Assembly: GCA_963782055.1 (NCBI GenBank) | Contig: CAWAIF010000002.1 | Coordinates: 32,001 to 96,000, forward strand | Direction: 5' to 3' | From: an uncultured delta proteobacterium | GTDB taxonomy: Bacteria > Myxococcota_A > Polyangia > Polyangiales > Polyangiaceae | Length of the DNA: 64,000 nucleotides | Shown here: one piece after another, positions 41,290 to 50,401 of the stretch | Position numbering within the stretch: position 1 is the first letter of the stretch | Layout of the letters: each line of letters opens with the position of its first letter | Notes under the pieces: model-generated | What the model was told of the DNA's origin: nothing | Database searches by the model: none | Seen by the model: the letters and a program-made list of their open reading frames with translations, nothing else | Made by a program: the position numbers and the translations under genes

Positions 41290-42456
41290 ATGGCACGTCT
41301 GCGCTGGATGACGGCGGGGGAATCGCACGGTCCGCGCGTGACGGCCGTGGTGGAGGGCGTGCCCGCCGGACTCAGCCTGCTCGCCGAGGACGTCGACGCC
41401 GACCTCGCGCGGCGCCAGCGCGGCTACGGACGCGGCGGTCGCATGAAGATCGAGACCGATCGCGTGTCCTTCGCGGGGGGCGTGCGCGACGGCAAGACGC
41501 TCGGCTCCCCCATCGCCATGCTGGTGGAGAACCGCGACCACGCGAGCTGGCTCGCCCGGATGGCCGCGAGCCCCTTGCCCGAGCCGGCAGAGCCGCTGAC
41601 GCGCCCGCGCCCCGGCCACGCCGACCTGGCCGGCGGCCTCAAGTACGACACCCACGACCTGCGCAACGTGCTTGAGCGCGCGAGCGCCCGGGAGACCGCG
41701 GCGCGCACCGCCGTCGGGGCGGTGGCCAGGCGCCTGCTCGCAGAGGCCGGCGTCGACGTGTTCGCCCACGTCCTGTCCATCGGCGACGTCGTCGCCGACG
41801 TGGGCTCGGTCGATCACGCCGAGCTCCGGGCGCGCGCCCGCGCCTCCGATCTGGCCTGCGCCGACAGTCGCGCGGAGGAGGCCATGCGCGCCGCGATCAA
41901 GGCGGCCGCCCACGACGGAGACACCCTCGGCGGCGTCTTCGAGGTGGTGGCGACAGGGGTGCTCCCCGGCCTGGGCAGCCACGTCCAGTGGGACCGCAAG
42001 CTGGATGGCCGGCTGGGTCAGGCGCTCATGAGCATCCAGGCCATCAAGGGCGTGGAGATCGGCGCGGGCATGGGGGCCGCGCGACGCCGCGGCTCCACCG
42101 TCCACGATCCCATCCACTACGACGCCAGCCACCATCGCTTCACCCGGCCGTCCAACCACGCCGGAGGCCTGGAGGGAGGCATCACCAACGGCATGCCGGT
42201 CGTGTGCCGGGCCGCCATGAAGCCCATCGCGACGCTCAAGCGCGCGCTGCCGAGCGTCGACGTCACCACCAAGGACCCCTTCCAGGCCGCCTTCGAGCGC
42301 AGCGACGTCTGCGCCGTGGCCGCCGCCTCGGTCGTGGGCGAGGCGATGGTCGCCATCGTCCTGGCCGATGCCCTGCTCGAGAAGTTCGGCGGCGACTCCA
42401 TGGCGGAGCTCACCCGCAACGTCGTAGGGTATCGCCAACAGATCGAGGCGTACTGA
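41290..42456 (+). CDS. aroC: Chorismate synthase
   Basis: [65 protein letters not shown]. Confidence 0.97.
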   Translation: MARLRWMTAGESHGPRVTAVVEGVPAGLSLLAEDVDADLARRQRGYGRGGRMKIETDRVSFAGGVRDGKTLGSPIAMLVENRDHASWLARMAASPLPEPAEPLTRPRPGHADLAGGLKYDTHDLRNVLERASARETAARTAVGAVARRLLAEAGVDVFAHVLSIGDVVADVGSVDHAELRARARASDLACADSRAEEAMRAAIKAAAHDGDTLGGVFEVVATGVLPGLGSHVQWDRKLDGRLGQALMSIQAIKGVEIGAGMGAARRRGSTVHDPIHYDASHHRFTRPSNHAGGLEGGITNGMPVVCRAAMKPIATLKRALPSVDVTTKDPFQAAFERSDVCAVAAASVVGEAMVAIVLADALLEKFGGDSMAELTRNVVGYRQQIEAY

Positions 42457-44058
42457 TGACCATCCAGCGCAGCGTGATGCTCTCCGGCTTCATGGCGACC
42501 GGGAAGAGCACCCTCGCGCCCCTCGTGGCGCACCGCCTCGGCGTTCCCTCGGTGGACACCGACGAGGCCATCGCCAGGCGCGCGGGCAAGTCCATCCCGG
42601 AGATTCTGGCGCTCCGAGGGCGAGGCCGCCTTCCGGTCCATGGAGCGCGAGCTGGTCGGGGAGCTGCTGGAGGACGGCAAGCCCCGCGTCGTCGCGCTGG
42701 GCGGGGGGACGCTCACGCTGCGCTCGCTGCGTCACCGCGTGCTCGACGCCGCGCTCCTGGTCACCCTCACCGCGTCGCCCGCGGAGACCATGCGCCGGCT
42801 CGGTCACCTCGGCTCGCGGCCCATGCTCGCCGGCCGGGATTCGTCGGGTCGCGTGCGCGAGCTGCTGGAGTCCCGGGCCGACGCCTACGCGGAGGCCCAC
42901 CTCACGCTGGACACCGAGGGCGTGGACCCGGAGGTCCTCGCCGACGCCGTCGTGGCGCTCGTGGACCGCGACCCGCTCCTCGTCCCGCTCGGCCGGCGCA
43001 CCTACACGGTGGACCTGGTGCGCGACGTTCCGGCCGCCCTCACCGACGCCCTCGCGCGGCTCGCCCCCTCCTCCGTCGTGGCGGTCACCGACACCTCCGT
43101 GCTGCGCGCGCGCGGCGCCAGCATGCACCGAGCACTGGAGCCGCTCGCCCTGCGTCACGTGGAGGTCACCCTCCCCGCCGGCGAGCCGCACAAGAACCTC
43201 ACCTCCGTGCAGATCCTCTGGGACGCGGCGCTCGGGGCGGAGGTCGATCGTGACACGGTGGTGCTGGCCTTCGGGGGCGGCGTGGTGGGAGATCTCGCCG
43301 GGTTCGCGGCGGCCACGCTCCTGCGCGGCGTGCGCTACGTCCAGGCGCCGACGACCCTGCTCGCCATGCTCGACGCGTCCGTCGGGGGCAAGACGGGCTT
43401 CGACCACCCCGCCGGAAAGAACCTGGTCGGCGCGTTCCACCAGCCCAGCGCCGTGGTGATCGACCTCGCGCACCTCGCCACGCTCCCCGCGCGGGAGACG
43501 CGCGCCGGCCTCGCCGAGGCGGTCAAGGTGGCGGTCGGCCTGGACGCCTCCCTGCTCGATCTGCTCGAGGCGCACGCGGAGGCGCTCGCCGCGGGCACCG
43601 CGCCGGTGCTCGCCGAGGTGGTCCGCGCCAGCGTCGCCGCCAAGGCCCGCGTCGTGCGTGACGACGAGCTCGATCGCGGCAGGCGCGCGGTGCTCAACCT
43701 GGGCCACACCGTCGGGCACGCGCTGGAGGCGCACGGCCGCTTCGCCGATCACCTCCACGGCGAGGCGGTGGCCGTCGGGCTGGTGGCGGAGATGCGCGCG
43801 TGCGCCGTGCTGGGCATGACGCCCGCCCCCCTCGCCGATCGCGTCGAGCGCATTCTTGGCCGCATGGGCCTCGAGACGTCGGTGGACGCCGCGACGCTGG
43901 AGAGCGCGTTTCGCTTCGTCGGCGCGGACAAGAAGCGCACCGCCGCCGGCGGGGCCCAGGTGATCGGCCTCCCGGTGGTGACCGGGCCCGGAACCTTCTC
44001 CGTGGCCAGGGTCGAATCGGGCGCTTTGCGCCGTGCGCTCGGCGTGGGTTCGGGCTAG
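42456..44058 (+). CDS. aroB: Bifunctional shikimate kinase/3-dehydroquinate synthase (AroK-AroB); +1 frameshift at ~42604
   Basis: GFMATGKST, then (after removing one T in GATTC) EIWRSEGEAAFR; GGGVVGDLAGF, PTTLLAMLDASVGGKTG, LNLGHT, HGEAV, DKK. Confidence 0.9.
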
Positions 44059-44069
44059 ATTCGATGTTG

Positions 44070-44098
44070 GGAGGCGCCTGCCTTCCACCCGCTTTTTT
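44070..44098 (+). terminator. Possible intrinsic terminator after aroKB
   Basis: Short stem GGAGGC/GCCTTC followed a few bases later by a T6 tract. Confidence 0.35.
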
Positions 44099-44152
44099 GG
44101 CTCCTGCCGGGGCCTCGGCTACGCTGGCGTGGATGCTCGGGAGGCAGCGCCG

Positions 44153-44908
44153 ATGAAACGGATTCTTGGCACGACGCTCGCGGTCCTCGTCGCTTCGCTC
44201 GTGGCGAGCTCGGCGTGCGTGGCAAACAACGGTTCCATCTTCGTGCGCGGGGTCCTCGCGCCCCCACAGACCTCGCAGGCCGGCGGCTGCGTCTACCAGG
44301 CGAACGCCGACGGTCCGTTCATCAGCGGCGGCGTCATGGACGTCTCGTTCACCAACGCCTACCAGGCGGAGCTGCTCGTCGGGAACCAGATGAACCAGCG
44401 CGGCAACTCCGACGAGTTCCGGGTGGAGACCAACCGCGTGCAGCTCCAGGGCTCGGTGGTGCGAGTGACCGACTCGTCCGGCGCCCAGCTCTCGACTTAC
44501 ACTGTAGTCGGCGGCGGCTTCGTCGACCCCGGCAGCGGCGGCTCGCCCAGCTATTCCACCTTCGGCACCACCCTCATCGACGAGAACACCGGTGCCCAGC
44601 TCGCCCAGAAGGGCATCGGCTACAACGATCTGGTCCGGCTGATCGCCTACGTGAAGGTGTTCGGTACCACCCTCGGCGGGCAGCACGTCGAGTCGGACGA
44701 GTTCGTCTTCCCGGTGAGCGTCTGCTACGGCTGCCTCGTCTCCTTCCCCTCCGGCTCCGACGACCCGAGCCTCGCGCAGCAGCCCAACTGCCTGGGCACG
44801 CCGAGCAGCTCGAGCGGCACCGTGACGCCCTGCATCTACGGCCAGGATCAGCCCATCGACTGCACGACATGCCAGGGAAACGCGGTGTGTGACCCGGCCA
44901 ATCGGTAG
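44153..44908 (+). CDS. Hypothetical Cys-containing lipoprotein
   Basis: MKR + hydrophobic stretch + SSAC lipobox; C-terminal CxxC pairs; SD GGAGG. Confidence 0.78.
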   Translation: MKRILGTTLAVLVASLVASSACVANNGSIFVRGVLAPPQTSQAGGCVYQANADGPFISGGVMDVSFTNAYQAELLVGNQMNQRGNSDEFRVETNRVQLQGSVVRVTDSSGAQLSTYTVVGGGFVDPGSGGSPSYSTFGTTLIDENTGAQLAQKGIGYNDLVRLIAYVKVFGTTLGGQHVESDEFVFPVSVCYGCLVSFPSGSDDPSLAQQPNCLGTPSSSSGTVTPCIYGQDQPIDCTTCQGNAVCDPANR

Positions 44909-45506
44909 GGAGCCTGCGCTGCACATCGGCTGGCCCAGCCTGGAGCGCGGTGCCCGCCCGGCGCGGGCGTGGCTGGTCGCGGCTCTCACCTCGCTCGCCG
45001 CGACCTCCCCGGTCGCTGCCTGGGGTGCGCCCCAGATCAGCGCGGGCGTGGAGGTGGGCGGTGGTGCCACTGACCTGCGCACCGACCCGGCGGCTGCCTT
45101 CTGGCTCGGCGCTCGCGGCGACGTCCTCTTCCTCCGGCGGGGGGATCGCGACATGGCGCTCGGCCCGTACGTCGAGGTGCTGGGCCGCAACTTCGACGAC
45201 TTCGAGGCTGGCGGGGGGTTGAGCTGGCTCATCCCGCTCACCGACCAGGTTCCGCTGATTCTTTCCGCGGGCGCCCACGCCCGGGGCGGCGCGTTCGGCT
45301 GGGAGCCCGGCGTCGACGGCGGCTTCTTCATCGGCTCGCGCAGCTACGACTTCCACTCCATCTACGGCTACGCCATCGGGGTCTTCGTCCAGGGACGCTA
45401 CGGCCTCGGCGATGGCCAGCAGGCCGACGTGTGGGGCGGCCTCTACGTCGACGGAGAGATCCTCGCCCTTCCCTTCGTGCTCCTGTACGCCGGGATCTTC
45501 CAGTGA
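44889..45506 (+). CDS. Hypothetical secreted/outer-membrane beta-strand protein (start uncertain)
   Basis: Signal-like AWLVAALTSLAATSPVAAWG; Gly/aromatic alternating strands. Confidence 0.55.
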   Translation: MTRPIGREPALHIGWPSLERGARPARAWLVAALTSLAATSPVAAWGAPQISAGVEVGGGATDLRTDPAAAFWLGARGDVLFLRRGDRDMALGPYVEVLGRNFDDFEAGGGLSWLIPLTDQVPLILSAGAHARGGAFGWEPGVDGGFFIGSRSYDFHSIYGYAIGVFVQGRYGLGDGQQADVWGGLYVDGEILALPFVLLYAGIFQ

Positions 45507-45540
45507 GCGGGACCCCTCTTTTTGGTATGGTTCGGGCGCA

Positions 45541-45900
45541 ATGGACCGGCGAACCGTTCAGCTCCGCGTGGCAGGTCAGACGTACAAGGTCGTGAGCTCG
45601 GCGGACGAGGACGAGCTGCACCGCCTGGCGGGTTGCGTCGAGGACAAGGTCGGGGAGCTGGTGCCGAAGGGCAAGGCCGTGCCCCCGCAGGCCGTGCTGC
45701 TCGCGGCGATCGCGCTCGCGCACGATCTGGAAGAGGAGCGCGGCCGGCGGACCGCCCTGGAGCGCAAGACGCGGGACCTGCTCCGGCGCGTGCTGATGCG
45801 CATCGACGACGCCCTCGAGCCGGACACCGACGGCGAGCCCGATCCGGGCCCCGGTCCGGCGGCGCCCCCCGACGCCGGCGAGGCGCTGGTCCAGGAGTAG
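45541..45900 (+). CDS. zapA: Cell division protein ZapA
   Basis: TVQLRVAGQTYKV, LHRLA..VEDKV, LLAAIALAHDL, coiled coil. Confidence 0.85.
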   Translation: MDRRTVQLRVAGQTYKVVSSADEDELHRLAGCVEDKVGELVPKGKAVPPQAVLLAAIALAHDLEEERGRRTALERKTRDLLRRVLMRIDDALEPDTDGEPDPGPGPAAPPDAGEALVQE

Positions 45901-45914
45901 TTTCACGTGAAACA
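45899..45914. promoter_or_regulatory. parS centromere-like site
   Basis: AGTTTCACGTGAAACA, 15/16 match to TGTTTCACGTGAAACA. Confidence 0.88.
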
Positions 45915-47047
45915 GTCGGAGGCCCCCGCGGCCCTTTCGTACCTGGAGGCGGAGCTGGAGCAGCTTCGCGCGGGCGGGCGGTTGCGGGGCCGGCCGCCGG
46001 TCACCCCGCACGGCGCGGTCAGCTTCTGCTCCAACGACTACCTGGGCCTGGCCGCGGAGAGACTCCCCGCGGCGGCCGTGACAGCCTCCGGAGCGGGGGC
46101 CTCCCGCCTGCTCGGGGGTGAGCGGGAGGAGCACCGCCGCCTGGAGTCGAGGCTCGCCGCCTGGCTGGACGCCGGGGCGGCCCTCGCCTTCGTCAGCGGG
46201 TACGCCGCGAACCTGGGGGTCCTCTCGGCGCTGGCGGGCGAGGGGGATTCTGGTGGTCAGCGACGCTCTCAACCACGCCTCCATCATCGACGGGGCCCGG
46301 CTGGCGCGGGCGCGGGTCGCGGTGGTGCCCCACCTGGACGTGTCGGCCGTGGATGCCGCCTTGCGGAGGCGGACGGGGGGACGGGCGTTCGTGGTGATCG
46401 AGTCCTACTTCAGCATGGACGCCAACTCCCCCGACCTCCGGTCCCTGCGGGCCGTGTGCGACGAGCACGGGGCTGCGCTGGTGGTGGACGAGGCCCACGC
46501 GCTGGGGGTCCTCGGGCCGGAGGGGCGTGGCCTCTGCGCGGCCGCCGGGGTCCGGCCGGACGTCCTCATCGGCACCCTCGGGAAGGCGTTCGGCGCCGCC
46601 GGCGCGTTCGTGGCCGGTGCCCCTGTCCTGATCGACTGGCTCTGGAACCGCGCCCGCTCCTTCGTCTTCTCGACCGGCATGAGCCCGCTGCTGGCTGCCG
46701 CGGCGCTGCACAACCTGGAGCGCGCCTGCCGCGAGGCGGACCGCCGGGGCCGGGTGCTCGCGCACGCCGGGGCGCTCCGGGCCGCCCTGGCGGCGGAGGG
46801 GCTCGCCGTCGGGGGCCATGGCCACATCCTTCCGTGGGTGCTGGGGGACGAGGCGCGAGCGATGGAGGCCGCCGCGGCACTCCGCGAGCGCGGCGTCCAC
46901 GTCCTGGCCGTGCGACCCCCGACAGTGCCCGCGGGCTCCGCGCGCATCCGGATGACCGTCTCCGCCGCCCACGCCGAAGCAGATGTTGCCCGGGCGGCCG
47001 CCGCGGTGCGAGAGGTGGCCAGGTGCCTGGGTCCCTCGTCGTCGTGA
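45907..47047 (+). CDS. bioF: 8-amino-7-oxononanoate synthase; +1 frameshift at ~46249
   Basis: FCSNDYLGL, GAGASRLLGG, SGYAAN, then SDALNHASIIDG, ES.FSMD, VDEAH, GTLGKAFG, VRPPTVP. Confidence 0.9.
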
Positions 47048-47688
47048 CCGGAGTGGGGACCGAGGTGGGCAAGACCCACCTCGCCTGCACCCTCCTGGTG
47101 GCCGCTCGCCACGCCGGGCTCCGGGTGGCGGGCTACAAGCCGGTGGAGAGCGGGGTGGGAGACGCGCCGACCGACCAGGACCGCCTGGACGCCGCCGCCC
47201 CGTTTCACGTGAAACGTCCCCGCCCGCGCCTCGCCCTTCGCGCCGCCGTGTCACCCCACCTGGCAGCCCGCCGCGAGGGCGTCCAGGTGAGCCTCCAGCC
47301 GGAGGTCGACTGGGCCCACACAGTGCGCCAGGAGGTGGACGTCCTGGTCGTGGAGCTGGCAGGCGGGCTCTTCTCCCCGCTGTCCGACACCGAGCGGAAC
47401 ATCGATCTGCTCTCCAGGCTGGACCCCACTCACACCGTGCTCGTCGCGCCGGACAGGCTTGGTGTGCTTCACGACGTGGAGGCGGTCCGGCGGGCGGCTC
47501 CGGGGATCTCGCTCGCTGCTGTGGTGCTGATGGCACCAGCGACGCCGGACACCTCTACCGGTTCCAACGCGGACGAGCTGGCTCGTCTCGGCCACGAGGG
47601 ACACATTGTCCCGCTCGGGCGGGGGACGCCGGATGAGCTGGCCTCTGCGGCAGGCGCGGCTGAGCTATACCGGATCCTCGGCTGGTGA
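47023..47688 (+). CDS. bioD: Dethiobiotin synthase
   Basis: VTGVGTEVGKT, YKPVESG, SPHLAA, VELAGGLFSP, LGVLH. Confidence 0.9.
   Translation: MPGSLVVVTGVGTEVGKTHLACTLLVAARHAGLRVAGYKPVESGVGDAPTDQDRLDAAAPFHVKRPRPRLALRAAVSPHLAARREGVQVSLQPEVDWAHTVRQEVDVLVVELAGGLFSPLSDTERNIDLLSRLDPTHTVLVAPDRLGVLHDVEAVRRAAPGISLAAVVLMAPATPDTSTGSNADELARLGHEGHIVPLGRGTPDELASAAGAAELYRILGW
47201..47216. promoter_or_regulatory. parS centromere-like site inside bioD
   Basis: CGTTTCACGTGAAACG, a perfect 16-bp palindrome with the parS core. Confidence 0.85.
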
Positions 47689-48303
47689 GAGCCGTCCCCG
47701 CGCCATTCGCATCCGACGGCCCCCCAGCACAGACGCAAACTTTGCGTCATGGGTGATGACGACGATGGTGCATCCCCGCCGGGCCTCTTCCCTCACCACC
47801 CCGACCAGCACCTCCACCCCCTGCGCGTCCAGCCCTGTCGACGGCTCATCCAGGAGCAGCAGGACCGGCTCATGCACGAGCGCACGCGCCAGGGCCACGC
47901 GCTGCCGCTGGCCGCGCGAGTACGTGCGGACGGGGCGGGTCGCGAACGCGCCCAGCCCGAACCGCTCCTGCGCACGCCGGAAAGCTTGCGGGGCGTCGCG
48001 GCCGTTGAGCCGCGCGGCGAGCTCCACGTTCTCGCGACCGGTGAGGTCCGCGTAGCAGAGCGCCGCATGGCCCACCCAGCCCATCCTGGCGCGGACCTGC
48101 TCCCGCGTCGCCCCGAGCTCGCCGTGCGACACCTTCCCCAGTGTCGGCCGGACCAGCGTCGCCACGATGCCGAGCAGGGTGCTCTTCCCCGAGCCGTTGG
48201 GGCCCTCCACCACCGTCACGCCCGGGTCGAAGCGCGCTGACACGTCGACCACGGCGCGCACGGCGCCGAAGATCTTCGTCACGCGATCGAGCTGCACGGC
48301 CAC
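47665..48303 (-). CDS. ccmA: Heme exporter ATP-binding protein CcmA-like
   Basis: GPNGSGKST, GWVGH...Y.DLTGREN, YSRGQRQR, LLLDEP.TGLD; ccm genes in the same window. Confidence 0.72.
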   Translation of the reverse strand: MAVQLDRVTKIFGAVRAVVDVSARFDPGVTVVEGPNGSGKSTLLGIVATLVRPTLGKVSHGELGATREQVRARMGWVGHAALCYADLTGRENVELAARLNGRDAPQAFRRAQERFGLGAFATRPVRTYSRGQRQRVALARALVHEPVLLLLDEPSTGLDAQGVEVLVGVVREEARRGCTIVVITHDAKFASVLGGRRMRMARGRLSPAEDPV

Positions 48304-48427
48304 CTTGCCCTTGTGCCCCGCCGCCGTTCGCGGCGCAATCCTTGGCTTCGACGCCCCCTGCCCCGCGCGCCCGCCCGGCTACCGAGCCTTTCGGCTCGGG
48401 CCCAGTTTCCATGCTACGCTCGACCCC

Positions 48428-49391
48428 ATGACGGCTGCGGCCGCGGTTCGAAGCGAGGAGCTCCCGATTCTCCAAGACCTCCGGCGGGCCGTCGAAGGGG
48501 CCCTCGAAGGCAAGCAAGACGCCGTCGAGCTCGCGCTCGTCGCGCTCCTCGCACGCGGCCACCTGCTCATCGAGGACGTGCCCGGCGTCGGCAAGACGAC
48601 GCTCGCCAGGGCGCTCGCGCGGGCCGTCGGCGGCGACCTTCGCCGCGTCCAGTTCACCAGCGACCTGCTCCCGAGCGACGTGCTCGGCGTCTCCGTCTAC
48701 GACCAGCGCTCCGGCGAGTTCGTCCTCCGGCAGGGGCCGGTCTTCGCCAACGTCCTGCTGGCCGACGAGATCAACCGCGCGTCGCCGCGCACGCAGTCCG
48801 CCCTGCTCGAGGCCATGAACGAGGGACAGGTCTCCCTGGACGGCCAGACCATCCTGCTCCCCGACCCCTTCCTCGTCATCGCGACGCAGAACCCTCAGGA
48901 CTTCGCCGGCACCTTCCCCCTGCCGGAGTCGCAGCTCGATCGCTTCCTGCTCCGCATCCGCATCGGGTACGCGCCCCCGCAGGTGGAGATGCGTCTCATC
49001 CTGGAGGGCCACAACGACGCGGTGCAGGACGTGCCCGTGGTGCTCGACCCGGCGCGGCTGGTGGGGCTGCAACGCGACGTGGACCGCGTGGTGCTGGACG
49101 GCGCGCTGGGCAACTACCTGCAGGCGCTCGTGCTCGCCACGCGCTCGGCGCCCACCCTCTCCCTCGGCGCCTCCACGCGCGGCGCCATCTCCCTCGCCAA
49201 GGCGGCCCGCGCCCGCGCCCTGCTGCGCGGGCGGACCTTCTGCATCGCCGACGACATCCACGACCTCGCCCTCCCGGTCCTCTCGCACCGCGTGCGCCTC
49301 GCCTCGCACGCCGACGGCTTCGCGCCCACCCGCGACGAGGCGGAGGCCGCCGTCCGGGAGATCGTCGGCCGCGTCCCGGTGCCGATTTCGA
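48428..49391 (+). CDS. MoxR family AAA+ ATPase (as written, in-frame with the DUF58 gene)
   Basis: HLLIEDVPGVGKT, QFTSDLLPSD, LADEINRA.PRTQSALLEAM, ATQNP, FPLPESQLDRF; ends VPVP. Confidence 0.88.
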
Positions 49392-50401
49392 GGTCGACCG
49401 CGCCGAAGGCCTCGTCCCTCTGGCGCCGCCTGCGACGAAGGCTGCGCGCGCCGCGGAAGCTGAAGTTCACCCGGGACGGGAAGTTCTTCGTGGGGATCAC
49501 GCTGGGCGTCGGCTTCGCCGCGCTCAACACGGCGAACAACCTGCTCTACCTGCTGCTCGGGATGCTGCTCGCGCTCATCGTCGTCAGCGGAGTGATGAGC
49601 GAGCTCTCCCTGCGTGATCTCACCGTGGTGCGGCGGCTGCCGCTGCGCGCGCAGGTCGGCCGCGCGCACCTGGTGGAGATCGAGGTCTTCAACCACAAGA
49701 AGCGCGTGCCCTCGTACGCCATCGAGGTGGAGGACCTGCGCGCCGGGCAGCCGGCCGACAAGCGCTGCTTCTTCCTCAAGATCAGCCCCAAGTCGGCGCA
49801 GGTCGCCGCGTACCGGCGCACGCCCGTGCGGCGCGGCAGGGACGTGCACGTCGGTTTCCGCATCGCCACGCGCTTCCCCTTCGGTCTCTTCGAGAAGTCG
49901 CGGGAGGTGCCCGCGGAGGGCGAGCTCATCATCTATCCCGCGGTGGACGACGTGCAGCTCCCGCCGGCCGGAGCGGGGCGCGCGCCCGGCACCGACGCCA
50001 TCCACGGGCGCGGCCGCGGAGAGGACTTCCTCGGCCTGCGCATCCTGCGCGACGGAGAAGATCCGCGCGACGTGCACTGGCGCAAGAGCGCGAGCCTGCA
50101 GCAGCTCGTCGCCCGGGAGCGCGCGCGGGAGGCGCGGCCGGACGTCAACCTGATGCTGGACAACGTCCGGCCCGCCGGCGCCGGCGAGGAGTGGGACCTC
50201 GCCTTCGAGCGGCGGATACGTGACGTGGCCTCGCGTGCCGTGGCGTACATCAAGCGGGGGGACTCGGTCACGGTGCGGTCCACCGGGGGGGCGGTCGCGC
50301 GCGGGGATCGCACGACCGGCGCCGACGCGCTGCTGCGCTTCCTCGCCCTGCTCGAGACGCTGCCCGCCGCGACCACCGCGCCGGCCAAGGAGGTCGCGTG
50401 A
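49388..50401 (+). CDS. DUF58 family protein
   Basis: AALNTANNLLYL, TRFPFGLF, LIIYP, DFLGLR...GEDPRDVHWRKSA. Confidence 0.85.
   Translation, partial: SRSTAPKASSLWRRLRRRLRAPRKLKFTRDGKFFVGITLGVGFAALNTANNLLYLLLGMLLALIVVSGVMSELSLRDLTVVRRLPLRAQVGRAHLVEIEVFNHKKRVPSYAIEVEDLRAGQPADKRCFFLKISPKSAQVAAYRRTPVRRGRDVHVGFRIATRFPFGLFEKSREVPAEGELIIYPAVDDVQLPPAGAGRAPGTDAIHGRGRGEDFLGLRILRDGEDPRDVHWRKSASLQQLVARERAREARPDVNLMLDNVRPAGAGEEWDLAFERRIRDVASRAVAYIKRGDSVTVRSTGGAVARGDRTTGADALLRFLALLETLPAATTAPAKEVA

Noticed and set aside
45900..45960. 6S RNA downstream of zapA
   Set aside because: No intergenic space; bioF begins immediately and I see no long 6S-like hairpin
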